From contig CAVVOH010000003.1 of NCBI GenBank assembly GCA_963749935.1, positions 492,153 through 556,152 of the forward strand: 64,000 nt of DNA, in the 5' to 3' direction. The notes below the pieces were generated by a model. That model was given only the letters and a program-made list of their open reading frames with translations, made no database searches and was not told the origin of the DNA. A program made the position numbers and the translations under genes. The DNA comes from an uncultured Verrucomicrobiae bacterium. GTDB lineage: Bacteria > Verrucomicrobiota > Verrucomicrobiia > Chthoniobacterales > UBA10450. Position 1 is the stretch's first letter. The number at the start of each line of letters is the position of its first letter. Positions 17,794 through 28,036 of the stretch are shown in pieces.

Positions 17794-18447
17794 AAGATCA
17801 TTGTGGCGGTAACCGGGCTCATCCTGATTCTTTTCGTGATCGGGCACCTTCTTGGCAACCTCCAGATCTTCCTCGGGCCAGAGTGGATCAATGGCTACGC
17901 TGAGCACCTGCGCGAGCTCGGGCCGCTCCTCTGGCTCGTCCGTGCCATTATGCTCGTTGTGGTGATCGTCCACATCTACTACACCATCCGGCTGGCGATC
18001 GAGAACCGGCGGGCTCGCCCCGCCCGCTATAAGCGCAAGGACACCGTCAAGGCCACCTTGGCCTCGCGCAGCATGGTCTTGAGCGGGCTCATTCTGCTCG
18101 CCTTTATCATCTATCACATCCTCCATTTCACCATCCGAGCGACCGATCCCCGCTTTAACACCCTCCCCCTCGACCCGCTCAATCATTACGACGTTTATTC
18201 GATGATGATCTTTGGTTTCCAAAGCCCGCTCGTCTCGGGCTTTTACGTCCTCTCGATGTTTCTCCTCGCTCTCCATTTGAGCCACGGCGCCTCCAGTTTT
18301 TTTCAATCGTTAGGGCTGAATAACCAGAAACTGACCGCGCGGCTCGCCCTCGGTGGCCGGGTCTTCGCCTGGCTGCTCTTCCTTGGCTACAGCTCGATTC
18401 CCGCCGCCGTTCTGCTCGGTTGGGTCAAATTGCAGACGCGCTCATGA
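17752..18447 (+). CDS. sdhC: Succinate dehydrogenase / fumarate reductase cytochrome b subunit (b558-type, ~5 TM)
   Basis: 231-aa hydrophobic ORF with conserved His residues in TM helices ([24 protein letters not shown]). Its stop overlaps the sdhA start (ATGA). Confidence 0.85.
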   Translation: MTNIAAFHRSSVGRKIIVAVTGLILILFVIGHLLGNLQIFLGPEWINGYAEHLRELGPLLWLVRAIMLVVVIVHIYYTIRLAIENRRARPARYKRKDTVKATLASRSMVLSGLILLAFIIYHILHFTIRATDPRFNTLPLDPLNHYDVYSMMIFGFQSPLVSGFYVLSMFLLALHLSHGASSFFQSLGLNNQKLTARLALGGRVFAWLLFLGYSSIPAAVLLGWVKLQTRS

Positions 18448-20369
18448 TCGGCACGCTCGATTCCAAAACACCGGATGGCCCGCTGCCGGAGAAATGGCGG
18501 CGACACCAAAACAATTCCCGGCTGGTTGCGCCGAACAATCGCCGGCGTTTCGAGATCATCATCGTCGGGACCGGTTTGGCCGGTGGTTCCGCCGCCGCGA
18601 CCCTGGCCGAGCAGGGTTACAACATCAAATCGTTCTGCTACCAGGACAGCCCGCGCCGGGCGCACAGCATTGCCGCGCAAGGCGGGATCAACGCCGCGAA
18701 GAATTACCCTAACGACGGCGACAGCGTTTACCGGCTCTTCTACGATACGATCAAGGGCGGCGATTTCCGCTCCCGCGAAGCCAATGTCTATCGCCTCGCC
18801 GAGGTGAGCAATTTGATCATCGACCAGTGCGTCGAGCAGGGCGTCCCTTTCGCCCGCGAATACGGCGGCCTTCTCGCCAATCGCTCTTTCGGCGGCGCGC
18901 AGGTTTCGCGCACTTTTTATGCCCGCGGTCAGACCGGACAACAGCTCTTGTTAGGCGCATATCAGGCGCTTAGCCGCCAGATCTCGGCCGGCACGGTAAA
19001 AATGTTTCCACAGACCGAGATGCTCGATCTCGTCCTGGTCGACGGCCACGCCAAGGGCATCATCACCCGCAATCTGATCACCGGCGAAATCGCGCGGCAT
19101 GCGGCCGATGCCGTCGTCCTCGCTACCGGTGGCTACGGCAACGTTTTTTACCTCTCTACCAATGCTCGCGGTTGCAATGTCACGGCCACCTACCGCGCCT
19201 ACAAAAAAGGCGCGCTCTTCGCCAATCCCTGTTACACCCAAATCCATCCCACCTGCATCCCGGTCAGCGGCGACTACCAGTCGAAGCTCACCCTCATGTC
19301 GGAATCGCTCCGCAACGATGGCCGGGTCTGGGTGCCAAAGCGCCAGGAAGATTGTGGCAAATCGCCTAACGAGATCGCTGAGGGGGAGCGCGATTATTAC
19401 CTCGAACGCAAATACCCGAGCTACGGCAACCTCGCCCCGCGCGACATCTCTTCGCGCAGCGCGAAGGAAGTCTGCGACGAAGGCCGCGGCGTCGGCCCGG
19501 GCGGGCGCGGCGTTTATCTTGATTTCAAGGACGCCATCTCGCGGCTGGGCGAAGACACGATCCGCGAGCGCTACGGCAATCTCTTCGACATCTACGAGAA
19601 GATCACCGGTGACAATGCCTACCAATCGCCGATGCGCATCTATCCGGCGGTCCATTACACCATGGGCGGCCTTTGGGTGGACTACAATCTGATGAGCAAC
19701 ATCCCCGGCCTGCACGTCATCGGCGAGGCCAATTTCTCCGATCACGGCGCTAATCGGCTCGGCGCCAGCGCCCTCATGCAGGGTCTGGCCGACGGCTATT
19801 TCGTCCTGCCTTACACCTTGCCGAACTATCTCGCCGGCCAGATCGGCAAACGACCCGCCACCGATCACCCCGAATTCATCAAAGCCGAAGGCGACGTGCG
19901 CGAGCGGACCAAGCGGATGCTCGACGTCGACGGCAAACGCTCCGTTGATTCCTTCCATCGTGAGCTCGGCCTGCTCCTCTGGGACAAATGCGGGATGGCC
20001 CGCAACGCCGCCGGGCTGGAGGAAGCGATCGCGCGCATTCCGCAACTGCGCGAGGAATTTTGGCGCGACGTCAACGTCCCGGGCTACGGCGAGACCTTTA
20101 ATCAATCGCTCGAGCGAGCCGGCCGGGTGGCCGACTTTCTCGAGTTCGGCGAATTGATGTGCCGCGACGCGCTGGCCCGCGACGAATCGTGCGGCGGCCA
20201 TTTCCGCGAGGAACATCAGACGGCTGAGGGTGAAGCGCTGCGCAACGACGAAGAGTTCGCGGACGTTTTTGCCTGGGAATACCAGGGCGATGCTGCCACC
20301 GAACCGAAACTCCACACCGAGCCGCTCGTCTTCGAATCGGTTCACCTCGCCACGCGCAGCTATAAATGA
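18444..20369 (+). CDS. sdhA: Succinate dehydrogenase / fumarate reductase flavoprotein subunit
   Basis: FAD-binding [53 protein letters not shown]. Start chosen at MIGTLDSK, overlapping the sdhC stop. Confidence 0.93.
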   Translation: MIGTLDSKTPDGPLPEKWRRHQNNSRLVAPNNRRRFEIIIVGTGLAGGSAAATLAEQGYNIKSFCYQDSPRRAHSIAAQGGINAAKNYPNDGDSVYRLFYDTIKGGDFRSREANVYRLAEVSNLIIDQCVEQGVPFAREYGGLLANRSFGGAQVSRTFYARGQTGQQLLLGAYQALSRQISAGTVKMFPQTEMLDLVLVDGHAKGIITRNLITGEIARHAADAVVLATGGYGNVFYLSTNARGCNVTATYRAYKKGALFANPCYTQIHPTCIPVSGDYQSKLTLMSESLRNDGRVWVPKRQEDCGKSPNEIAEGERDYYLERKYPSYGNLAPRDISSRSAKEVCDEGRGVGPGGRGVYLDFKDAISRLGEDTIRERYGNLFDIYEKITGDNAYQSPMRIYPAVHYTMGGLWVDYNLMSNIPGLHVIGEANFSDHGANRLGASALMQGLADGYFVLPYTLPNYLAGQIGKRPATDHPEFIKAEGDVRERTKRMLDVDGKRSVDSFHRELGLLLWDKCGMARNAAGLEEAIARIPQLREEFWRDVNVPGYGETFNQSLERAGRVADFLEFGELMCRDALARDESCGGHFREEHQTAEGEALRNDEEFADVFAWEYQGDAATEPKLHTEPLVFESVHLATRSYK

Positions 20370-21121
20370 ATTTCAAACTCAAGATCTGGCGGCAGAAGCG
20401 CCGGGATTCCAAAGGCGCGCTCGAGCGCTACGAGATCGCCGACATCTCGCCCGCCACTTCGTTTCTCGAGATGCTCGATATCCTCAACGAGCAGCTCACG
20501 ACCAAGGGGGAAGAACCCGTCGCGTTCGATTCCGATTGTCGCGAAGGCATCTGCGGAACCTGTAGCCTAACGATCAACGGCGAAGCCCACGGGCCCTCTC
20601 ATCCCGCCGCCGCCTGCCAGCTTTACATGCGTCAGTTCAAGGATGGCGCGACCATCACGGTCGAGCCGTTTCGCGCCCGCTCCTTCCCGATCGTGAAGGA
20701 TCTGGTCATCAATCGTTCCGCGCTCGATCGCATCGTGCAGGCGGGCGGATTCGTCAGCGCGCGGACCGGCTCCGCGCCGGAGGCAAACTCAACCCCCATC
20801 CCGAAGCACAACGCCGATCTCGCAATGGAAGCCGCGGCCTGCATCGGTTGCGGGGCCTGCGCGGCGGCCTGCCCTAACGCCTCCGCCATGCTTTTCACGT
20901 CCGCGAAAATTTCCCACCTCGCCCTTCTCCCGCAGGGCCAGGCAGAGCGGTCGCGCCGCGTGCTGCGCATGGTCCGGCAGATGGACGAGGAAGGGTTTGG
21001 CAACTGCACCAACACCTACGAGTGCGAAGCCGTTTGTCCGGCCGAGATCAGCGCCAGCTTCATTGCGAAGATGAATCGCGAATACGCCGTCGCCAGCCTG
21101 CGCGCGCGGATGGGCGAATAG
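20366..21121 (+). CDS. sdhB: Succinate dehydrogenase / fumarate reductase iron-sulfur subunit
   Basis: Cys clusters [24 protein letters not shown] and [16 protein letters not shown] overlap with sdhA. Confidence 0.93.
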   Translation: MNFKLKIWRQKRRDSKGALERYEIADISPATSFLEMLDILNEQLTTKGEEPVAFDSDCREGICGTCSLTINGEAHGPSHPAAACQLYMRQFKDGATITVEPFRARSFPIVKDLVINRSALDRIVQAGGFVSARTGSAPEANSTPIPKHNADLAMEAAACIGCGACAAACPNASAMLFTSAKISHLALLPQGQAERSRRVLRMVRQMDEEGFGNCTNTYECEAVCPAEISASFIAKMNREYAVASLRARMGE

Positions 21122-21122
21122 T

Positions 21123-22523
21123 TTAGCTCGTAAGGGGCGGACCTTCTTCGGGCCTTGGCGGCCCGGGCAGATCGCCAACCGCACCTTCGCTCCAGCGCAC
21201 GATCTCCACCCCGCTGATGCAGAAGAAGAGCCAGGCCGTGCCTTCCAGCATCGCCACCAGCGCGTCGCTGAAGAGCGTCGCTCCGAGATAGAGACTGCTC
21301 AGTGCGATCAGCAGCACCAGTAGCACACTCACCACCAGGGCCAGCGCGCGCCAGTGCCAGCCGCGCAAACTCCGCACCAGCACGTAGGCAAGGGCGCCGT
21401 ACACCACCGTCGCCGTCATCAGGTCGCCATCGAGCGGACCAAAGACCGCGCCGTGGTGAAAGTGAGGACGTTGCTGGACGAAAATCTGTTTCAAAAGAAG
21501 GTCGAGTAAGACCCCACCCGGCGCTGCGATCAGGAGCAGTCGGAGGCGATGCCGATTGTGGCGACCGATCAGCGCCACGATCAAGACCAGCGCCCCGAGC
21601 CAATAAATGGAACTCAAGTGCGCGATGAAATTCATCGTCGGGCTCATCACTTCGCTCGAGCGATTGGCAAACCATTCGGCGACCCGGAAGTCCGCTGTCA
21701 CAAACCAGACTCGCGTCCCGATCCGCTCGAACAACCCTCCGAAGATGGCGCTCGCCGCCAGAACCAGGAAAATGCCCACCGTCAGGTGAATACCGAGATA
21801 GCCTTTGGGCGAGAAACGCCGCTCCATCCATTCGATTTGGCCCGCAAACCGGGTTCGGAAATTCATCACCCAGGGGCGCTCGCGGAATTGCCGCCACCAT
21901 TCGCGGATCTCCAGCTCGCGACTCGCGATCCCGCGCCAGAGCACGATCGTCACAACCACCATCGTCGCGAAGATCGCCGCGATAATCCCGGCCCGCCCGA
22001 TCCAGCGATCGATCAGATGCCAGCTTTGGCCGAAGAGAAATCCGAGCAGGGAAAAAATTGTCGCCCAAAGAATGCAGCCGATGGCATTGAAAGAAAGGAA
22101 ACGCACATAAGGCATCCGCGCCGCCCCGGCCAGGAAAGGCATCAGCGCCCGCCCGACATGGAGAAAGTGGGCGAAGAGCACACTCAACCCGCCCCAGCGA
22201 ACGAAGAACGCATCCATCCGATCGAGCTGCTCGGGGCGCAGCCAGAACTTCTCCCCGTGCCGCCGCAGCCAATCGCGCCCCAGCCGCCGGCCAAATTCGT
22301 AGCCAATGCTATCCCCGATGATCGCAGCCACCGCGATCACCCCGATGAGCACGCGGAGATCGAGCAAATCCTGCCCGGCGAGGAACCCCGCCACCATCAC
22401 CATGCTCTCCCCGGGCATGAAAAAGCCGAGGAAGGCCTGGCACTCCAGGAGCACGATCAGAAAGACGATCGCATACCCCCAGTAATGGAGGCGCAGGATC
22501 AAGTCGTTGATATGTTCGAGCAT
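21123..22523 (-). CDS. DedA-family membrane protein fused to a PAP2-like domain with degenerate catalytic motifs
   Basis: 466-aa ORF. N-terminal half is DedA/SNARE-associated (FLGFFMPGESMVMVAGFLAG...IGDSIGYEFGRRLGRDWL). C-terminal half has PAP2 motif 1, LKQIFVQQRP, but GPLDGD replaces PSGH and SSLYLGATLFSD replaces SRxxxxxHxxxD. Confidence 0.75.
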   Translation of the reverse strand: MLEHINDLILRLHYWGYAIVFLIVLLECQAFLGFFMPGESMVMVAGFLAGQDLLDLRVLIGVIAVAAIIGDSIGYEFGRRLGRDWLRRHGEKFWLRPEQLDRMDAFFVRWGGLSVLFAHFLHVGRALMPFLAGAARMPYVRFLSFNAIGCILWATIFSLLGFLFGQSWHLIDRWIGRAGIIAAIFATMVVVTIVLWRGIASRELEIREWWRQFRERPWVMNFRTRFAGQIEWMERRFSPKGYLGIHLTVGIFLVLAASAIFGGLFERIGTRVWFVTADFRVAEWFANRSSEVMSPTMNFIAHLSSIYWLGALVLIVALIGRHNRHRLRLLLIAAPGGVLLDLLLKQIFVQQRPHFHHGAVFGPLDGDLMTATVVYGALAYVLVRSLRGWHWRALALVVSVLLVLLIALSSLYLGATLFSDALVAMLEGTAWLFFCISGVEIVRWSEGAVGDLPGPPRPEEGPPLTS

Positions 22524-22732
22524 CGCCGCGGAAAGAAATAACCGGTGTTACCCGCCCCGCGCGACACCAAAGCAGAGCCCTCCGTAACTTCATGCGAAAG
22601 TTACTCTCGTGCTCGGCCAGGGACCTGGAGAACCGCCAAATCTCCGAGCCGAAATAACTCTTGACACGAGATTCGAGAATTCCGTAGCAAAGATCAAACT
22701 CAACCAAATTGACAGCAAGTCAGCACACAACT

Positions 22733-23638
22733 ATGAAAAAACAATACTTCGTTAGTGGCATCCTGGCAGCCTGTTTCCTGCTCCCGACCATGGGAGCCTT
22801 CGGTCAACAAACCATCCGCGTCATCGAGACGGTGGACTTCCCAGCGGGAGGCATTGGCACCCTTCCGCAGAAAATAAATAACAACGGCGAAGTCGCCGGT
22901 GTTATCGACGCCTCTACCGGCGAGCGACGCGGTTTTGTCCGTTTTCACAACGGCAATTACAGCAAACCGCTCGTCGACCCGAGCGACGCTGGCGGCTTCA
23001 CCGATTTGCGCGGCATCAATAACGCGCGGCTCGTGAACGGCGCTTTTATCGGGGCGGATGGCCTTTTCCACGGCTTCTTCGCCACCCGCGACGGCTACAC
23101 CACCTCCGATGTCCCGGGCGCCAACAACACTATCCTGTTGTCGCTTAACGATGCCGGCGATTTCTGTGGCGGTTACACCACACTATCTAACTCTAACTAT
23201 ACCGCCTTCATCAATGTCGGCGGCACCATCACCACCATCGTCGTCCCGGGAGCGGCGACGAGCTTCGCCTACGACATCAACAACAACAATGAGGCTGTCG
23301 GCCAATACACCGACGCCAGTGGCGCCGCCCATGCCTTCTTCCGCGATGCCGCCGGTAACATCACCGCCCCGGCTGACCCTGCCGGTGCGACCGCCGCCGT
23401 CCTCTTCGGGCTAAACGACCGCGGCTATCTGGTGGGAAGGTATACCGATACTGCGGGCGTCGAGCGCGGTTATGTGCAGTTGCCTTCCGGCACAGTACTA
23501 ACGCTCGATCTGCCCGACGCCACCCTCACGTCGCTCAACGGGATTAACAGTAGAAACATGATGTGCGGACGATTCGTCGACCTCAACGGAGTCGCTCACG
23601 GCATCATCGCCCGGATTACGAGTCAGGCGGCGGAGTAG
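22733..23638 (+). CDS. Secreted repeat protein (HAF-like extracellular repeats); function unknown
   Basis: Signal peptide MKKQYFVSGILAACFLLPTMGAFGQQ. Recurrent units: INNNGEVAGV, LNDAGDFCGGY, INNNNEAVGQYTD, LNDRGYLVGRYTD, INSRNMMCGRF. Confidence 0.6.
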   Translation: MKKQYFVSGILAACFLLPTMGAFGQQTIRVIETVDFPAGGIGTLPQKINNNGEVAGVIDASTGERRGFVRFHNGNYSKPLVDPSDAGGFTDLRGINNARLVNGAFIGADGLFHGFFATRDGYTTSDVPGANNTILLSLNDAGDFCGGYTTLSNSNYTAFINVGGTITTIVVPGAATSFAYDINNNNEAVGQYTDASGAAHAFFRDAAGNITAPADPAGATAAVLFGLNDRGYLVGRYTDTAGVERGYVQLPSGTVLTLDLPDATLTSLNGINSRNMMCGRFVDLNGVAHGIIARITSQAAE

Positions 23639-23774
23639 GCCGCGCACGCGGGAGACCGAAAACAGAATCGCGCCCCTCGCAACTTCACCTAAAAGTTGCC
23701 CCCAGGACTGCCCCGGCATTTGTCCTTGGCAGCCCGAGCCCGTCAGGGCTACGCCGTAAGCTGGCGCTAAGCCA

Positions 23775-24190
23775 GTGCAACTCGCCGGCGGCAGGGTCAA
23801 GGGCGGTAACGGGTCCATCCCCACGAGCGCGGTCCAAATCTACGACCCGGCCACTGCTACTTGGACGCCGACTGGCTCGATGAGAATCGCCCGCGACTCG
23901 GTGACCCTCCAATTGTTGCCCGATGGCCGTGTCCTCGCGGCGACCGGCACCCATGGTCTTTACAGCGAACCCTCGGCCACGGCGGAGATTTACGATCCTT
24001 CCACCGGTATCTGGAACCGCACCAGCAAACTCGGCATCGCCACTCAGAACCAAATCGACGCCTCGCTGCCGACGGGCGTGTGCTGGTCGCAGGCGGAGAG
24101 AACGATAATCCTTTCTATGCTTTGCGTGGGGCGACGCCTCAGCCGAGATCTTCCGCCCCTAGCAGCGCCGGATATGGACAGAGGCGAGTA
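23775..24190 (+). pseudogene. Kelch-repeat protein remnant (no N-terminus; frame break near 24060)
   Basis: VQIYDPATATWTPTGSMRIARDSVTLQLLPDGRVLAATG...AEIYDPSTGIWNRTSKL (ORF 23775-24191), then ...RLAADGRVLVAGGENDNPFY in the frame of ORF 23861-24286. Confidence 0.45.
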
Positions 24191-24329
24191 GCCGCAGAGG
24201 TCGCAGAGGCCATTGGTCCGCAAGGGCTGGATATGGTTTTGCCTCTGCGAATTCCCCATCCCAGGCCACGAAATTCCGCTCGCTAAAATCTTTTTTGGCG
24301 CACGCGGCGTTGCTGGCTAAAATCCTCCG

Positions 24330-25361
24330 ATGTTGCAAACCGCGAAACCCGCCGCCAAATCCTCCTCGGCAAAGGGCCCGCCGCACGAGCGCTATCTGGA
24401 GGCGTTTCGCTGGATGCTCCAGACGCGCATTTTTGAGGAAAAGCTGACCAGTCTCTATCGCGGAGGACTCATTACGGGCGGCGTTTATGTCGGCCGCGGG
24501 CAGGAGGCTGTCAGTACGGCTTGCGGATTGTTTTTGCAAAAGGGCGACGTCTTTGGTCCGCTTATCCGCGATCAGGCCGGCCGCGCGGCGGGCGGCGAGC
24601 CGCTCCTCAATGTGACGCGCACATATCTCGGTTCGCGACAGGGTTCGATGCGGGGTCGAGATGGAAACATCCACCGGGGTTGGCCCGAAACCGGCCAGCT
24701 CGCCATGATCTCACATCTCGGCTCTCTCATCGCGGTGGTGGTGGGAAAGCTGATGGCGAAGCGGATGAAAGGGGAGAAGAATTTTATCGGCCTAACGACG
24801 ATCGGCGAAGGAGGGATGCAGACGGGCGCAACGCATGAGGGGATGAACATCGCGTCGGTCGAAAAGGTGCCCTTTGTCCTGGTGGCCTCGAATAATCACT
24901 TCGCCTACTCCACGCCTAACGACCGGCAATTTGCCTGCGCCCAACTGGTCGATCGGGCCAGGGCTTATGGCTACGAAGGTCACGAAGTCGATGGAACGAA
25001 CCTGGCCGATTGCCTGGAAGTGATCGGTGGGGCGGTGAAACGGGCGCGCGCCGGCGGTCCACCACAGTTGGTAGTGGCGTCGTTGCTCCGCCTCGCCGGA
25101 CATGGGGAACACGACGACGCCAGCTATGTTCCGGCGGAGATGAAGAAGGAACCGTGGGCGCAGGATTGCGTGGTCGCGACGGAGAAGGTGATCACGGAAA
25201 ACGGCTGGCTCGATGCCGAGACGTTGAGGCAATGGCGCGCGGAGATTTCCGCGGAAGTGGGGAAAGCGGTCGAAACCGCGCAGAAGGAAGAGGGCCCGGT
25301 CGGGAGCGAAGAAGATTGGTGCGCAATCTCGACCCGCCATTTGGTGGACCAAATCTCGTGA
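24330..25361 (+). CDS. 2-oxoacid (pyruvate/branched-chain-type) dehydrogenase E1 component, alpha subunit (TPP-binding)
   Basis: 343-aa ORF. TPP motif GEGGMQTGATHEGMNIASVEKVPFVLVASNNHFAYSTP; also RLAGHGEHDDASYVP. Confidence 0.88.
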   Translation: MLQTAKPAAKSSSAKGPPHERYLEAFRWMLQTRIFEEKLTSLYRGGLITGGVYVGRGQEAVSTACGLFLQKGDVFGPLIRDQAGRAAGGEPLLNVTRTYLGSRQGSMRGRDGNIHRGWPETGQLAMISHLGSLIAVVVGKLMAKRMKGEKNFIGLTTIGEGGMQTGATHEGMNIASVEKVPFVLVASNNHFAYSTPNDRQFACAQLVDRARAYGYEGHEVDGTNLADCLEVIGGAVKRARAGGPPQLVVASLLRLAGHGEHDDASYVPAEMKKEPWAQDCVVATEKVITENGWLDAETLRQWRAEISAEVGKAVETAQKEEGPVGSEEDWCAISTRHLVDQIS

Positions 25362-26328
25362 GCGTCACTTACCTCGAGGCGATCCGTGAAGCGCAGGCGC
25401 ATCTCTTACGCGAGGACGAGCGCGTCTATCTCTACGGGCAGGATATTGCCGGAAAATTCGGCGGGGCCTTCAAGGCAACGAAGGGTTTGGCCGAGAAATT
25501 TCCGGGCCGGGTCCTGAACACGCCCATCAGCGAGGACGCGATGGTCGGCACCGCGATCGGCGCGGCCATGGAAGGGATGCGGCCCATCGTCGAGATGCAG
25601 TTCGCCGATTTCTCCAGCATCGCGCTCAACCAGATTTTGAATAACGCCGGCACGCAGTACTGGCGGACGAATAGTCCCCTGCCCGATCACCGTGCGCCTG
25701 CCGAGCGGCGGCACAAAAGGCAGCGGACCGTTCCACAGCCAGAGCATGGAGGCGATCTACTCTCATTATCCCGGTCTGGTAGTGATGACGCCGGCGACGG
25801 TCGAAGATGCCTACACCATGTTGATCGACGCGGTCGCGATCGATGACCCGGTCATCTACTGCGAGCACAAGTATCTTTATTACCATCTCAAGGCCGATGC
25901 CCTGCCGAAGGAAGCCCTGCCGATCGGGAAGGCCAGAGTCGTTAGGCCAGGCCGCGATCTCACGCATCGTGACGAACAGCGCGATGGTGCACGAAGCGCT
26001 CGCGGTCGCGAATCAGATGAGCCGTGACGGGGTTGAGATCGAGGTGGTCGATCTGCGCACGGTAAAGCCGCTCGATACCGACACCGTGCTCGCATCTGTC
26101 GCGCGCACCGGCCGGCTGGTTTGCGTGGGCGAGACCTTTCCGTGGGGCGGCGTGACGGCCGAAGTGATCGCGCGTGTCACAACCGAAGGCTTTCATCTGC
26201 TCGATGCCGCCCCGGCCCGGCTCAATGCCAAGGACACGCCGATTCCGTATCACCCGAATCTCTGGGAAACCCATCGCCCTAACGCCAAGACCATCGCCGC
26301 CAAGGCCCGCCAGGTTCTCGCCGAGTAG
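25358..26328 (+). pseudogene. 2-oxoacid dehydrogenase E1 component, beta subunit; two frame breaks (~25683, ~25964)
   Basis: GTG overlaps the E1alpha stop. VSVTYLEAIREAQAHLLREDERVYLYGQDIA...VLNTPISEDAMVGTAIGAAMEGMRPIVEMQFADF (tail of ORF 25010-25846). ITVRLPSGGTKGSGPFHSQSMEAIYSHYPGLVVMTPATVEDAY (ORF 25692-26027). AMVHEALAVANQMSRDGVEIEVVDLRTVKPLD (ORF 25843-26328). Confidence 0.85.
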
Positions 26329-26369
26329 CCTGCTCTTAACTCTCACCTAACAACTCTCGACTTTCCGTC

Positions 26370-27614
26370 ATGCCAAAAGTTCCAATCACCATGCCACAGC
26401 TCGGCGAATCGATGGCCGAGGCCACCATCGTCGCGATCAAAGTCAAATCGGGAGACAAGGTCGCGGTCGATCAGGAGATCATCGAGGTCGAGACGGACAA
26501 GGCAGTGATGGGCGTGACCACCCCGTGCGCCGGGGAGGTCGCCGGGATTGAGGCGGAAGTGAAAAAAGTTTACGCGGTTGGCGCCGTGCTCGGGTACGTC
26601 GAAGCGAGCGAGGCCGATGCGGCACGCTTTACCAAGACGGCGGAGGCGGAGATGGCCGAGGAAGTGCCCGGGCGCGAGGAAGAAGGCAGGCAGAACGGCA
26701 GCGGTTCGCATTTTCAAATCGATGAAAAGGAACTCGCGCCGGTGCCAACCGGTTCGCATTTTCAGGTCGACCAGGCCGGCGTGCTGCCCGTGCCCGTCGC
26801 TACGAAGGGCGCCGGCTTTCTTTCGCCACGAGTCCGGGCGCGGATGGCAGAATTGAAACTGACCAACGCTGACCTCGCCGGTGTCGCCGGCAGCGGCAAC
26901 GCCGGACGCGTCACGATCAAGGACTTGGAGTCGTTCCTCGGCGGTCTCGAGAAGCAGACCGCAGAAGACGCGAGCGCAATTCGCACCAGTGTGGCCGACG
27001 CGATGCGGCGCAGTTGGACACGCCCGCTGGCCACGGTAGGCGTGTCGGTTTGCCTCGATCCCGTTCTGGAAGATCGCAAGAAGCGCGACCCGAAACCGGG
27101 TCCGGCCTTGTATGCTTTGCGCGCGCTGGCTCTCGCTCTCGCGGAAACGCCCGGGGCGGCTGCACGCCTCATCGGCAATCGCGCGCTCCGCTCGGAGTCG
27201 ATCGATATCGGCGTCGCGGTTGAAGCGCAGGATGGCATCATGGTGCCGGTCATTCGCGGTGCGGATAAGACTTCGCTCGCTGACCTAACGAGTAAATACA
27301 CCGAACTGGTCGATCTCGCCCGCCGCCGCCGCGTCACGGCCGAGATGACCGCCGGCGGGATCGCTTCAGTTTCTAATTTCGGCACCTTCGGCCTCGACTG
27401 GGGAACGCCCATTCCCCTGCCCGATCAGACTCTTCTTCTCGGTCTCGGCGCGGGAAAAAAAGCCCCCACCTGGAGCGACGAGAAAAAGCAATTCGTTCCG
27501 ACAACGCAGGCCGAGCTCACGCTCAGCTTCGATCACCGCAGCCTCGATGGCGGCGGCGCGGGACGCTTGCTGCAGAAAATCGTCGAGCTGCTGGGCGATC
27601 CCTCCAAGCTGTAG
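26370..27614 (+). CDS. 2-oxoacid dehydrogenase E2 component (dihydrolipoamide acyltransferase)
   Basis: Lipoyl domain IIEVETDKAVMGVTTPCAGEV, E3-binding-like SPRVRARMAELKL, catalytic SFDHRSLDGGGAGRLL. Confidence 0.9.
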   Translation: MPKVPITMPQLGESMAEATIVAIKVKSGDKVAVDQEIIEVETDKAVMGVTTPCAGEVAGIEAEVKKVYAVGAVLGYVEASEADAARFTKTAEAEMAEEVPGREEEGRQNGSGSHFQIDEKELAPVPTGSHFQVDQAGVLPVPVATKGAGFLSPRVRARMAELKLTNADLAGVAGSGNAGRVTIKDLESFLGGLEKQTAEDASAIRTSVADAMRRSWTRPLATVGVSVCLDPVLEDRKKRDPKPGPALYALRALALALAETPGAAARLIGNRALRSESIDIGVAVEAQDGIMVPVIRGADKTSLADLTSKYTELVDLARRRRVTAEMTAGGIASVSNFGTFGLDWGTPIPLPDQTLLLGLGAGKKAPTWSDEKKQFVPTTQAELTLSFDHRSLDGGGAGRLLQKIVELLGDPSKL

Positions 27615-28036
27615 CGTGAAGCGCGCTTGGGACGGACTGGCATTCGGTTCGTACTTCTCATCGAGATAAACGATAAGATTGTATTTTCACTACCCGGTAC
27701 GCCGGCGTTTCCGAAATTGCCCGAAGAGGAACGTCTCAAACCCGCGCTGCGCGGGAAAATCGCCGCGTCCAAATCAGTCAAGACTGCGGCCGATTTAGCT
27801 TACACAACGGACGGGACGGGCTGGCCTGACAGGCTGACAACACGCGATCATGACCGGGGAAGGCGCGGTCTCTCAGTTCATCGGATGGGTGACGATAGAG
27901 AACACGACCGGCCTCCCCTTCAAAGACGCCCGCGTACAACTCGCCGCTACACCCATCTACCGGCCCGTCTCTATAATCGCGCGCCGGTTCCGCGGAGCCT
28001 TGCGAAAAAGCGACCCTCCCTTAGGTTTACGCGCCG

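Noticed and set aside
18951-20345. 464-aa minus-strand ORF opposite sdhA
   Set aside because: It lies entirely within the strongly supported sdhA gene and has no recognisable motifs. It is an antisense shadow ORF.
21016-22541. Large alternative ORFs over the DedA-PAP2 gene (21016-22272 minus, 418 aa; 21549-22541 plus, 330 aa)
   Set aside because: They are Arg/Pro/Gly-rich low-complexity translations. The 21123-22523 frame gives coherent TM helices and DedA/PAP2 motifs.
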